DNA of 64,000 nt from an uncultured Eubacteriales bacterium (GTDB lineage Bacteria; Acidobacteriota; Aminicenantia; Aminicenantales; Aminicenantaceae), in NCBI GenBank assembly GCA_964624145.1, contig CAZUXT010000002.1, positions 150,020-214,019 of the forward strand, written 5' to 3'. The position numbers were made by a program, and so were the translations under genes. The notes below the pieces were generated by a model that made no database searches, was not told the DNA's origin, and saw nothing but the letters and a program-made list of their open reading frames with translations. Below, one piece after another: positions 17,590 through 26,615 of the stretch (position 1 is its first letter; the number at the start of each line of letters is the position of its first letter).

Positions 17590-18378
17590 TTAAAGTGTAA
17601 ATATGAATCCCAATACAGCTGCGGCCGCCAAGTAAAACGAGAACAAATAAAACTTGCCTTTATTGATGATCTCTGTCAGGAAAACAAGCGAAAAATAACC
17701 TGTAAGGGCTGCAGCTACAATTCCTATGATTATGATACTCCAGGGTTGGGAAGAAAGAACAGTTTTTTGGAGCTGAAAAACAGAAGCCCCTAATATGGCG
17801 GGTATGGAAAGCAAAAAGGAAAACCGGGCAGCCTTTTCCCTCTTCCATCCCAAAAAGAGCGCCCCTCCTATGGTTAAACCCGAACGAGAGAAACCGGGTA
17901 CGATAGCTATTCCCTGAAGGACTCCGATAAGGAACGGATGCAGGGGGAGTCTCACTTTTTTCTGTCTGGCAAATTTCGTAAAGAACAGAAACAGAGCTGT
18001 AATGAAAAGCGCTATGGACACGGCTTTGGGAGATTCAAACAAAGATTCAAAAAGGCCGCTGAAGAAATAGCCAATAAGAAACGTGGGGATAGAGGCCACG
18101 ATAAGAGAGAGGACAAGAATCATATTCGGATTTCTGGTCTTTAAGGAAGGTTTTTTGCAGAATCCACAGAAGCTCAGGACGATATCTTTGATTTCTTTCC
18201 GGAGAAATACGAAAAGAGACAGGACGGTCCCTAAGTGGAGCATCACATCGACCAGAAGCTGAGGTTCTTTAAGGCCTAAGAGATTCTGTATGAGAACCAG
18301 ATGCCCCGAACTGCTTATGGGGAAAAATTCTGTTATTCCCTGGATTATGCCGAGAATTATTATTTTTATTAAGCTCAA
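17590..18378 (-). CDS. uppP: Undecaprenyl-diphosphate phosphatase
   Basis: 262 aa and polytopic with BacA/UppP motifs GITEFFPISSSGHL and PGFSRSG. Confidence 0.9.
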   Translation of the reverse strand: MSLIKIIILGIIQGITEFFPISSSGHLVLIQNLLGLKEPQLLVDVMLHLGTVLSLFVFLRKEIKDIVLSFCGFCKKPSLKTRNPNMILVLSLIVASIPTFLIGYFFSGLFESLFESPKAVSIALFITALFLFFTKFARQKKVRLPLHPFLIGVLQGIAIVPGFSRSGLTIGGALFLGWKREKAARFSFLLSIPAILGASVFQLQKTVLSSQPWSIIIIGIVAAALTGYFSLVFLTEIINKGKFYLFSFYLAAAAVLGFIFTL

Positions 18379-19745
18379 GACTCACTGATTCTCCGGATGG
18401 CTTTTTCTATTGTTTTTTCGACTTCTTTTCGTATTGATTTTAGATCCTCTTCGGTTTTGGCTTCGAATCTCAGCACCAGAGCGTCCTGCGTGTTCGATGC
18501 CCGGACCAGGCCCCAACCATTCGGGAATAGAGCCCTAACACCATCTATATCAATAATTTTATGCTTTTTGGAAAGATCTTTTTTGACTTCTTCTACGATT
18601 TTAAATTTGACCTTGTCCGAGGCGTAAATCCGGATTTCAGGGGTAGTAAAAGTCTGAGGCAGGTCAGAAAGCATTTCTGATAGGTTTTTATCGCTTTGAG
18701 ATACGATTTCAGCAACACGCGCTGAAGAGTATATGGCATCATCATATCCGAAGTAACGGTCTGCAAAGAAGATATGGCCGCTCATCTCACCTGCGAGAAT
18801 GGCCTTTTCTTCCTTGATTTTTTTCTTTATCAAAGAATGGCCTGTTTTCCACATAATGGGGCGTCCTCCGAGTTTTTTGATCTCATCATAAAGAAGTTGG
18901 GATGCTTTGACTTCGGAAATAACCGGGGCTCCCGGGTTTGATGGAAGAATATCCCGGCAGAGCAGTATCATCAGCTTGTCGCCCCATATAATGTTTCCTT
19001 TGTCATCGATCACTCCTATCCGGTCGCTGTCTCCGTCATATGATATTCCCAGGTCAGCTTTGGTTTCCCTGACTTTTTTGATCAGGTCTTCCAGGGCTTC
19101 CGGCAGGGTGGGATCAGGGTGATGATTGGGGAAATGACCGTCCATTTCACAGTAAAGTTCTGTCACTTCACATCCCAGCCTCTTAAAGAGAGGCACGGCT
19201 ACCGGCCCTCCGGTCCCGTTTCCGGCGTCTATCACGACCTTTACTTTATTCTTTATGTCAACGTTGTTCACCACAAAATCTTCATACTCTTTGTTGATAT
19301 CAAGATTTGTTTTCTTTCCGGGTTTGTCTTCGATAAAATCTTTATTTTTTATGAGTTTGTATATGTTAGTGATGCTTTCTCCGTATAGTGTGTCCTGCCC
19401 CAGCATTATTTTGAAGCCGTTGAATTCGGGAGGATTATGGGACCCTGTGATCATGACGCCTGCCTGCAGCTTTTTTCTGAAGATGCTGAAATACAACAAA
19501 GGGGTCGGAACAGTGCCCAGGGAAACCACATTACATCCTGTAGACTCCAGACCTTCGGACAGATAATCAAAAAACAAAGGGGAGCTTAACCGGCAGTCTC
19601 TTCCCACAGCCACTTCGGTCTTTTCGTGTCTTCTGAAGAGAGTCCCGATTCCTTTTCCCAGCAGGGTGACTGTTTCCCTGGTCAGGTCCTGGTCTACGAT
19701 GCCTCTGATATCGTATTGTCTGAATATTTCAGGTTTGATGGTCAT
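18375..19745 (-). CDS. Phosphomannomutase/phosphoglucomutase
   Basis: 456 aa with active-site TGSHNPPEFNGFK, metal loop DGDSDR, and GEMSGH. Confidence 0.85.
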   Translation of the reverse strand: MTIKPEIFRQYDIRGIVDQDLTRETVTLLGKGIGTLFRRHEKTEVAVGRDCRLSSPLFFDYLSEGLESTGCNVVSLGTVPTPLLYFSIFRKKLQAGVMITGSHNPPEFNGFKIMLGQDTLYGESITNIYKLIKNKDFIEDKPGKKTNLDINKEYEDFVVNNVDIKNKVKVVIDAGNGTGGPVAVPLFKRLGCEVTELYCEMDGHFPNHHPDPTLPEALEDLIKKVRETKADLGISYDGDSDRIGVIDDKGNIIWGDKLMILLCRDILPSNPGAPVISEVKASQLLYDEIKKLGGRPIMWKTGHSLIKKKIKEEKAILAGEMSGHIFFADRYFGYDDAIYSSARVAEIVSQSDKNLSEMLSDLPQTFTTPEIRIYASDKVKFKIVEEVKKDLSKKHKIIDIDGVRALFPNGWGLVRASNTQDALVLRFEAKTEEDLKSIRKEVEKTIEKAIRRISES

Positions 19746-19775
19746 GTTTTTCCCTCCTTTGATCCTCGTTCGTAA

Positions 19776-20315
19776 TTATTCGGTTTCTCCTTTCAAGTCA
19801 CTGATTTTATCTTTGATCACATCCCATTTGTTTTGAGCGTTAAGGATGAATTCAATGAATTCTCTTACAGCTCCGCTTCCTCCTTTGTGACGGCATACAT
19901 AATCGGCATTTTTTATGACCAAGGGATGGGCATCTGCGACAGCCCCGGCCAGTCCGACTGCCTGTATAACCTCCAGGTCTCCTATATCATCTCCTATATA
20001 GGCAATTTCGTCATCTTTGAGTTTATGCTTTTCTTTTATTTCCAGAAAAACCTGTTTCTTATGGATGACGCCCTGATAAAGTTCAGAAATTCTAAGTTTT
20101 TGAGCTCTCAGCTCCAAAGCTTTTGAATTTTTTCCGGTTATGATCCCTGTTTTAAATCCGGCCAGATGAGCCAGAAGAATGCCCAGGCCGTCTCTTACGT
20201 GGTATGACTTGACTTCCTCTCCGTTTTGAAGGACGTACAGAGAGCCGTCTGTCATGGTTCCGTCCACATCCATAAGGATCATTTTGATGCGCCTTGCTTT
20301 TTCTTTTATCTTCAT
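19776..20315 (-). CDS. kdsC: KDO 8-phosphate phosphatase (HAD superfamily)
   Basis: LMDVDGTMTDG motif and GDDIGD. I chose the ATG at 20315, which overlaps the kdsD stop by 1 nt (TAATG); the track start at 20336 is probably too early. Confidence 0.8.
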   Translation of the reverse strand: MKIKEKARRIKMILMDVDGTMTDGSLYVLQNGEEVKSYHVRDGLGILLAHLAGFKTGIITGKNSKALELRAQKLRISELYQGVIHKKQVFLEIKEKHKLKDDEIAYIGDDIGDLEVIQAVGLAGAVADAHPLVIKNADYVCRHKGGSGAVREFIEFILNAQNKWDVIKDKISDLKGETE

Positions 20316-21292
20316 TAGAACATCTCCGTGCGCCACAGGTCATGGAGGTGGATGATGCCTTCGATTTTTCCTTCTTTGTTTTGAATGAGGAGAGAAGTGA
20401 TCTTGTTTGACTCCATGATATTCAGAGCTTCTGTTGCCAGAGCTTCTTTGTTAACTGCCAGGGGCTTTGGTGTCATGCAGTCTTTAGCTGTTTTATGAAA
20501 AATATTCTTGCCGAAACTCTGCATTTTTCTTCTCAGGTCTCCGTCTGTGATGATCCCCTCTAACCGGCCGTTCACATCAATCACACAGGTCACACCCAGT
20601 TGTTTCTCCGTCATTTCCTTAAGGACCTGGGTCATGGGAGTGTCCTGCCTGACAGAAGGGATCTGCTGTCTCTTGTGCATGAGATTTTTTACCTTCAACA
20701 GTTTTTTCCCTAATTCTCCTCTCGGATGGAAAGATGCGAAATCGTACCTGTCGAAATTTTTGATGTTCATGAGAGTGATGGCCAGGGCGTCTCCGATCGC
20801 AAGCGCAGCGGTAGAGCTCGAAGTGGGGACGACATTATCTGGTTCAGCCTCTTTGTCGACTTTAGCTTCGAGCAGAATATCACTGTACTTTGCCAGCTTG
20901 GAATGTTTGTTTCCCGTAATGCCAATGAGTTTTATCCCTATTCTTTTGACAAAATCAAGTATGGGTATGATTTCTTTTGTGTTTCCGGAATAGGAAATGG
21001 CAATGATGATATCATTTTTGACGATCATACCCAGGTCTCCATGGCCTGCTTCAACGGGGTGCAAGAACATGGAAGGGGTTCCGCAGCTTGAAAGCGTGGC
21101 TGCGATTTTGCGTCCTATAAGGCCTGATTTTCCAATTCCTGTGACAATGGCCCTCCCCTCGATGCCGGAGAGGAGCTCGACGGCTTTGACGAAATTTTCG
21201 TCTATGGTTGCGGCGAGTTTGTTCAGCGCCATGGCTTCGCTTTGTATGACATTTTGGCCTGTTTTTATGATTTCGCTTTTTTTCATCATCAC
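20315..21292 (-). CDS. kdsD: Arabinose-5-phosphate isomerase (SIS domain plus CBS pair)
   Basis: 325 aa. SIS motif VTGIGKSGLIGRKIAATL followed by two C-terminal CBS domains. Confidence 0.85.
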   Translation of the reverse strand: MMMKKSEIIKTGQNVIQSEAMALNKLAATIDENFVKAVELLSGIEGRAIVTGIGKSGLIGRKIAATLSSCGTPSMFLHPVEAGHGDLGMIVKNDIIIAISYSGNTKEIIPILDFVKRIGIKLIGITGNKHSKLAKYSDILLEAKVDKEAEPDNVVPTSSSTAALAIGDALAITLMNIKNFDRYDFASFHPRGELGKKLLKVKNLMHKRQQIPSVRQDTPMTQVLKEMTEKQLGVTCVIDVNGRLEGIITDGDLRRKMQSFGKNIFHKTAKDCMTPKPLAVNKEALATEALNIMESNKITSLLIQNKEGKIEGIIHLHDLWRTEMF

Positions 21293-21298
21293 CTCTGT

Positions 21299-22150
21299 TT
21301 ATGAATCATGGACTGTTTTTTGGATGACGGCTTTTCTTATGTTAAGAAGGGACTGTAAAATCCCGTTTAAATCTTTTAATATCAATGAGTTAGATGGGTC
21401 GGAGAGGGCTTTGGCAGGATTGTCATGGACCTCCATGAACACTCCGTCAGCCCCTACACTGACACCGGCTTGGGCGATAAAGGGAATGAGCTCTGTTTCT
21501 CCCCCTGAAGACTGTCCTTTTCCTCCCGGTTTTTGAACCGCATGAGAGGCATCGATCACAACAGGGAATCCCCACTTTTTCATGATCGGGATCGACCGGA
21601 CATCAAAAACGAGATTGTTGTACCCAAAACAGGTGCCTCTTTCCGTCAGTATGATGTCATCATTTTCCTGCCTGAGTATCTTGTCAATGATATTTTTCAT
21701 TTCAAGCGGGGATAAGAACTGCCCTTTTTTGATGTTCAAAGGCCTGCCGGTTGCGGCCGCTTCAGTAATCAAATCACTCTGCCGGCACAGAAAAGCGGGG
21801 ATTTGAATGATATCCAGGACTTCAGCTGCTTTTTCCGCCTGCCATGTCTCATGAATATCTGAAAGCACGGGGACAGAGAGCTCTTTTTTGATCCTGTTCA
21901 GAATTTTCAAGCCCTGTTCGATACCGGGCCCTCTGTACGAGTCAATGGAAGAGCGGTTGGCTTTGTCAAAAGAGGATTTAAAGATAAAGGGGATTTTGAG
22001 CTTCTGGCATATTTTCTTTATTTCCGCTGCCATAAAAAAAGCGTGGTCTTCACTTTCTATCACACAGGGCCCTGCGATCAGAAAGAGAGGATTGAATCCT
22101 CCTATACGCAGGTCTTTATTTATTTTGATTTCTTTTGGTACGATAGGCAT
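21299..22150 (-). CDS. kdsA: 2-dehydro-3-deoxyphosphooctonate (KDO8P) aldolase
   Basis: 283 aa with LIAGPCVIES, KSSFDKANRSS and DASHAVQ motifs. Confidence 0.9.
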   Translation of the reverse strand: MPIVPKEIKINKDLRIGGFNPLFLIAGPCVIESEDHAFFMAAEIKKICQKLKIPFIFKSSFDKANRSSIDSYRGPGIEQGLKILNRIKKELSVPVLSDIHETWQAEKAAEVLDIIQIPAFLCRQSDLITEAAATGRPLNIKKGQFLSPLEMKNIIDKILRQENDDIILTERGTCFGYNNLVFDVRSIPIMKKWGFPVVIDASHAVQKPGGKGQSSGGETELIPFIAQAGVSVGADGVFMEVHDNPAKALSDPSNSLILKDLNGILQSLLNIRKAVIQKTVHDS

Positions 22151-23729
22151 AGCTTGCTCCGATAAAAGATTTAAAGATCGGGTGTGGATCCAGAGGCTTG
22201 GATTTGAATTCAGGATGGAACTGACACCCGAGAAACCAGGGATGGTTTCTGATCTCTATGACCTCCACAAGGTCGTGTTTTGGATTTTTCCCGGATATAA
22301 CAAGGCCTTTTTCTGATAAGATATTTTCATAATCCGGATTGAATTCATATCTGTGCCTGTGACGCTCATAGACACTGGCCTTTTCATAGGCAGCGGCCGC
22401 AAGAGAGCCTTTTTTGAGATGGCAGAGAAACTTTCCCAGTCTCATGGTGCCGCCCAAATCCCTGATTCCTTTGAGTTCCCTCCATTTAAAAAATATTTTA
22501 TGGGGAGTATTTGGGTCAAACTCTGTGCTGTTGGCTTTCTTAAGTCCTGCGATGTTTCTCGCAAATTCAATAGCAGCGCACTGCATCCCCAGGCATATCC
22601 CGAAGTAAGGTATCTTTTGCGTTCGCGCATACGTGACCGCACTGATTTTACCGTCGATGCCCCTGATCCCGAATCCCCCGGGGACAAGGATTCCATCTGT
22701 GTTTTTGAGTTTTTCTTCCGGAGAGTTTTTCTCAATATCTTCAGCTTCAATCCAGGCTATGTTGATTTTCAACCTGTGCACTGTGCCGGCGTGGTATAAA
22801 GCCTGGATGAGACTGAGATAGGAGTCAGGCAGGCCAGAGTACTTACCCACAAGGGCGATATTGACTTCATCCTTTGGCGACTTCATTTTTTCGACCATTT
22901 CTTCCCAATCGTCAAGCCTGCCTCTGTTGACCGGCATTTTGAGTTTATTCAGAATGATTTCATCCAGTTTTTCTTTTGCGAAGAACAAAGGGATTTCATA
23001 TATGATATCGACATCTTTGGCTGTGATAACAGCCTCAAAGGGGACATTTGTGAACAGGGATATCTTGTTTTTGATGCTGTCATTAAGGGGCCGATCTGTT
23101 CTGCAGAGAAGGATATCAGGCTGGATACCGATGGCTCTCAGCTCACGGACACTGTGCTGGGTCGGCTTTGTTTTCAACTCTTTTGACGTTTTTAAATAGG
23201 GGACGAGTGTCAGGTGTATGAAAAGGGTGTTGTCCTTCCCGTGTTCAAGTCTCATTTGACGTGTGGCTTCCAGAAAGGGCTGGCCTTCGATATCCCCGAC
23301 TGTTCCGCCTATCTCAATGATCACAATGTCGTTTTTTTCAGCGGCCGCACGGAAAGCATCTTTGATTTCATCGGTAACGTGAGGGATGACCTGGACCGTT
23401 TTCCCAAGGAATTTTCCCTGCCTTTCTTTTTTGAGTATGGATGCGTATATCCGGCCCGAAGTCCAATTGTGTGCCTGAGTGGTATTTGTGGAGGTAAAGC
23501 GCTCGTAGTGGCCGAGGTCGAGATCGGTTTCAGCCCCGTCATCTGTGACGTATACCTCTCCGTGCTGGAAAGGATTCATGGTCCCGGGGTCCACATTAAG
23601 ATAGGGGTCAAACTTTTTAATGGTTATGCTGTATCCATGGCTTTCCAGCAGCCTTCCTATGGAAGCGGCAGCGATACCTTTGCCCAGCGCTGAAAGAACA
23701 CCTCCTGTGATGAAAATAAATTTACTCAT
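22116..23729 (-). CDS. pyrG: CTP synthase
   Basis: Starts MSKFIFITGGVLSALGKGI with an AAGGAG RBS; the track start at 23792 is too early. The glutamine amidotransferase domain has GICLGMQ and HRHRYE. Confidence 0.95.
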   Translation of the reverse strand: MSKFIFITGGVLSALGKGIAAASIGRLLESHGYSITIKKFDPYLNVDPGTMNPFQHGEVYVTDDGAETDLDLGHYERFTSTNTTQAHNWTSGRIYASILKKERQGKFLGKTVQVIPHVTDEIKDAFRAAAEKNDIVIIEIGGTVGDIEGQPFLEATRQMRLEHGKDNTLFIHLTLVPYLKTSKELKTKPTQHSVRELRAIGIQPDILLCRTDRPLNDSIKNKISLFTNVPFEAVITAKDVDIIYEIPLFFAKEKLDEIILNKLKMPVNRGRLDDWEEMVEKMKSPKDEVNIALVGKYSGLPDSYLSLIQALYHAGTVHRLKINIAWIEAEDIEKNSPEEKLKNTDGILVPGGFGIRGIDGKISAVTYARTQKIPYFGICLGMQCAAIEFARNIAGLKKANSTEFDPNTPHKIFFKWRELKGIRDLGGTMRLGKFLCHLKKGSLAAAAYEKASVYERHRHRYEFNPDYENILSEKGLVISGKNPKHDLVEVIEIRNHPWFLGCQFHPEFKSKPLDPHPIFKSFIGASYAYRTKRNQNK

Positions 23730-24453
23730 TGTTCTCCTTACTTTTGTTAAGCAATGCCTCGGCTCTGGCGATATCCCCGGGCACATTAACACTGATGGTG
23801 GGATGGTGTGTTTCTACTGTTTTTATCTTAAACCCATTTTCTAAAGCCCGGAGCTGTTCCAGACCTTCTGATTTTTCCAGAGATGAAGCGGGCATATCTT
23901 TATATGCCATGAGAAACTTTTTTTGGAATCCGTAGACTCCGATGTGATGCCAGAAAAAACCGGAAGGAGAAAAGGGTATGGGAGAGCGCGAAAAGTAAAG
24001 GGCGTTTTCTTCATAGTCTATGACCATTTTCACAATGTTTTTGTCAGGAAGACATTCCAGGTCTTTGTTTTTTTTGCGGAGAGTGGCCATGGGGATTGTC
24101 TTCTTCTGAAGAATTTTGAATAGGCTCTCAATCATTTGAGGAGCCATCAGGAGTTCATCACCTTGAATGCTTATAATGATGGGAAAATCCAGGTCTTCAG
24201 CCACTTCTGAAGCCCTTTCTGTTCCTGTTTTATGGGAAGGTGAGGTTATTTTAACCTCAGCTTCGAATTCCCGGCATTTTGCGTGTATTCGTTCATCATC
24301 CGTAGCTATGATGACCCGGCTGAGGCAGGTGGCTTGGCGGGCTCTTTTATAGACATGCTCGATCAAAGGCCTGCCGTTTATCAAAGAGAGGGCTTTCCCC
24401 GGAAATCTTTCGGAACCGTACCGTGCGGGTATGATACCTAAGGCTTTTCTCAA
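23722..24453 (-). CDS. kdsB: 3-deoxy-manno-octulosonate cytidylyltransferase (CMP-KDO synthetase)
   Basis: 243 aa with N-terminal IIPARYGSERFPGK and the remainder typical of KdsB. Confidence 0.9.
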   Translation of the reverse strand: MRKALGIIPARYGSERFPGKALSLINGRPLIEHVYKRARQATCLSRVIIATDDERIHAKCREFEAEVKITSPSHKTGTERASEVAEDLDFPIIISIQGDELLMAPQMIESLFKILQKKTIPMATLRKKNKDLECLPDKNIVKMVIDYEENALYFSRSPIPFSPSGFFWHHIGVYGFQKKFLMAYKDMPASSLEKSEGLEQLRALENGFKIKTVETHHPTISVNVPGDIARAEALLNKSKENNE

Positions 24454-24887
24454 GTCTTTGGTCCCACCTTTTGTTCTGTTTTTATATCTTTCATATCGTT
24501 TTTATACTCGGGCGTCTTTGGGGGAGGAGCCTGGGGCATTTTGTCAGTGGTCTGGCAGTTGGCTTCAAGAAAAGCTCCTTCTTCCACGATAAGCTTTGGA
24601 GTGATGATCGTGCCGGTTACCTTTCCGCTTGAGTGGACTTCGACTTTATCTTTCGCCTGGATGGTGCCTTTCACTTCTCCGCTGATTGAAGTTGACCCGA
24701 TTTTGATATCCGCTTCTACTTTTCCATTGTCTCCTATGATCAGGCTTGATTCAGAATTGATGTTTCCTTTGAACCGGCCGTCTATTCTGAAAGAGCCTTT
24801 AAATTCCAGCTCTCCTTTGAACTTCGTGTTTTTGTCAAAGAAACCCGTTATCTTTGTTTCCTCAAATAATTGTTTTTTGTCTTTCAT
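24450..24887 (-). CDS. Bactofilin (polymer-forming cytoskeletal protein, DUF583)
   Basis: 145 aa. Repetitive beta-helix pattern FKGELEFKGSFRIDGRFKGNI...ISGEVKGTI...VTGTI with a Pro-rich C-terminal tail. 4-nt overlaps with parB and kdsB. Confidence 0.85.
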   Translation of the reverse strand: MKDKKQLFEETKITGFFDKNTKFKGELEFKGSFRIDGRFKGNINSESSLIIGDNGKVEADIKIGSTSISGEVKGTIQAKDKVEVHSSGKVTGTIITPKLIVEEGAFLEANCQTTDKMPQAPPPKTPEYKNDMKDIKTEQKVGPKT

Positions 24888-25732
24888 TGATGGTCTCCTT
24901 TTATGATTTCGTATATTCTATTGAGTTCATCCAGAGAATAGTAGCTGATTTTTAAAGTCCCTCTATCAGCAGTCCCGGAAATGTCCACTTTGGTACCCAA
25001 AATCTCAATCAGCTCGTCTTTGAAGGCTCTCAGGTCCGGATCCATGGACTGGGGGCTTTTTTTCTCCGGTTCTTTTTTTATCTGTGCGACGAGATTCTCT
25101 ATTTTTCGAACGGTCAGCTTCTTGGCGATGATTTTTTTGGCAAGTTTGACCTGGAGTTCGGGATCATCTAAGGGAATGAGGGCCCTCGCATGCCCCATAG
25201 TGAGCTCGCCGTTGGAAAGTAATTTTTGAATACTGGGAGGGAGCTTGAGAAGCCGCATGTAATTGGCTACAGAAGTGCGGTCTTTCCCCACTTTTTCAGA
25301 GATCTCTTCCTGGGTGTATCCGAGCTCTTCCGACAGTTTGTTACAGGCTTCAGCTATTTCCATGGGATTCAAGTCTTCTCTCTGGAGGTTTTCCACAAGA
25401 GAGGCTTCGATCTGCTGTCCGTCTTTCATGAGACGTATGAGAACAGGGATTTTTTCTAGTCCGGCTTTTTGAGCGGCCCTCCATCTTCGCTCCCCTAGGA
25501 TTATCTTATAATGATCTTCCTCCGGAACGGCGACAATAGGCTGGAGAATCCCTGCCTGTTTAATGGAATTCGCCAGCTCTTCTATGGATTCAGGATCGAA
25601 ATTTTTTCTGGGCTGCTCAAAATTTGGTTTTAATTTTTCAATATCCAGCTCTACAAATTTTTCCTCTTTTAAAATCCCGTAGTCTTCTGGTATAAATGCC
25701 TTTAGTCCCTTCCCTAATGCTTTCTTTTTCAT
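24884..25732 (-). CDS. parB: Chromosome partitioning protein ParB (Spo0J)
   Basis: 282 aa with ParB box GERRWRAA and an HTH region. Confidence 0.9.
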   Translation of the reverse strand: MKKKALGKGLKAFIPEDYGILKEEKFVELDIEKLKPNFEQPRKNFDPESIEELANSIKQAGILQPIVAVPEEDHYKIILGERRWRAAQKAGLEKIPVLIRLMKDGQQIEASLVENLQREDLNPMEIAEACNKLSEELGYTQEEISEKVGKDRTSVANYMRLLKLPPSIQKLLSNGELTMGHARALIPLDDPELQVKLAKKIIAKKLTVRKIENLVAQIKKEPEKKSPQSMDPDLRAFKDELIEILGTKVDISGTADRGTLKISYYSLDELNRIYEIIKGDHQ

Positions 25733-26484
25733 CTTTTTAGCAACTCCTGAGCTAAATTTAAGTAAGATTGGGCCCCTTTTGATTTGATATCATAGAGCAG
25801 AATGGGCTTTCCAAAACTCGGTGCCTCTGCAAGTTTAACCGTTCTCGGAATAATCACTTCATAGACGATTTCCTTCAGAGATTTCCGTATTTCATTCGCC
25901 ACTTGTTTGGAGAGATTGGTTCTCTCGTCATACATAGTGAGCACGATTCCTTCTATCCTGAGCATTGGGTTAAGATAAGAACGGACTTGGTCCAGGGTCT
26001 GTAAAAGCTCTGGTATTCCTTCCATACAGAAAAATTCTGTTTGTACGGGAATCAGGATGGAATCAGCAGCTGTAAGGGCATTGATGGTGAGAAAGCCCAG
26101 AGACGGAGGGCAGTCTATGAATATGAAGTGGAACCTGTTTTTTATTTTTTGCAAAGCGGCAAAAAGCCTTTTATCCCTGTTGTTTTCTGAATAGATTTCA
26201 GCTTCAAATCCTGATAATTCAGGAGAACTCGGGCACACATAGAGGTTATCCAATTCATAGGGTAGGATTTGATCCATGAGGTTTGTCCCGTCCATGAGAG
26301 CCGGATATATACCTTGATTCTCTTTTTTTTCAATACCCATGCCTGCCGTAGCCATGCCTTGGGGATCAAAATCCACGATAAGGACACGCTTGTTTCTTAA
26401 AGCCAGAGAAGCACCCAGGTTTATGGCAGTCGTTGTCTTCCCGACGCCTCCTTTTTGATTGGCTATGGCTATGATCTTACTCAT
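25729..26484 (-). CDS. parA: Chromosome partitioning ATPase ParA (Soj)
   Basis: Deviant Walker A IAIANQKGGVGKTTT directly after the ATG at 26484. The track's GTG extension to 26517 would translate through the parS site. Confidence 0.9.
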   Translation of the reverse strand: MSKIIAIANQKGGVGKTTTAINLGASLALRNKRVLIVDFDPQGMATAGMGIEKKENQGIYPALMDGTNLMDQILPYELDNLYVCPSSPELSGFEAEIYSENNRDKRLFAALQKIKNRFHFIFIDCPPSLGFLTINALTAADSILIPVQTEFFCMEGIPELLQTLDQVRSYLNPMLRIEGIVLTMYDERTNLSKQVANEIRKSLKEIVYEVIIPRTVKLAEAPSFGKPILLYDIKSKGAQSYLNLAQELLKR

Positions 26485-26493
26485 TTTTTCACA

Positions 26494-26509
26494 TGTTCCA
26501 CGTGAAACA
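26494..26509. promoter_or_regulatory. parS: parS centromere-like site
   Basis: TGTTCCACGTGAAACA matches the 16-bp consensus TGTTNCACGTGAAACA at every defined position. It lies 10 nt upstream of the parA ATG. Confidence 0.8.
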
Positions 26510-26615
26510 TCGCTCACTCACCCATCTGTAAAAAAAGCAGTGTTTGCGACTTTTTAAATGATACAAGTTTAATAATCCTGGTTCCTAATTTATCATAATT
26601 AAGATGAAATTACAC

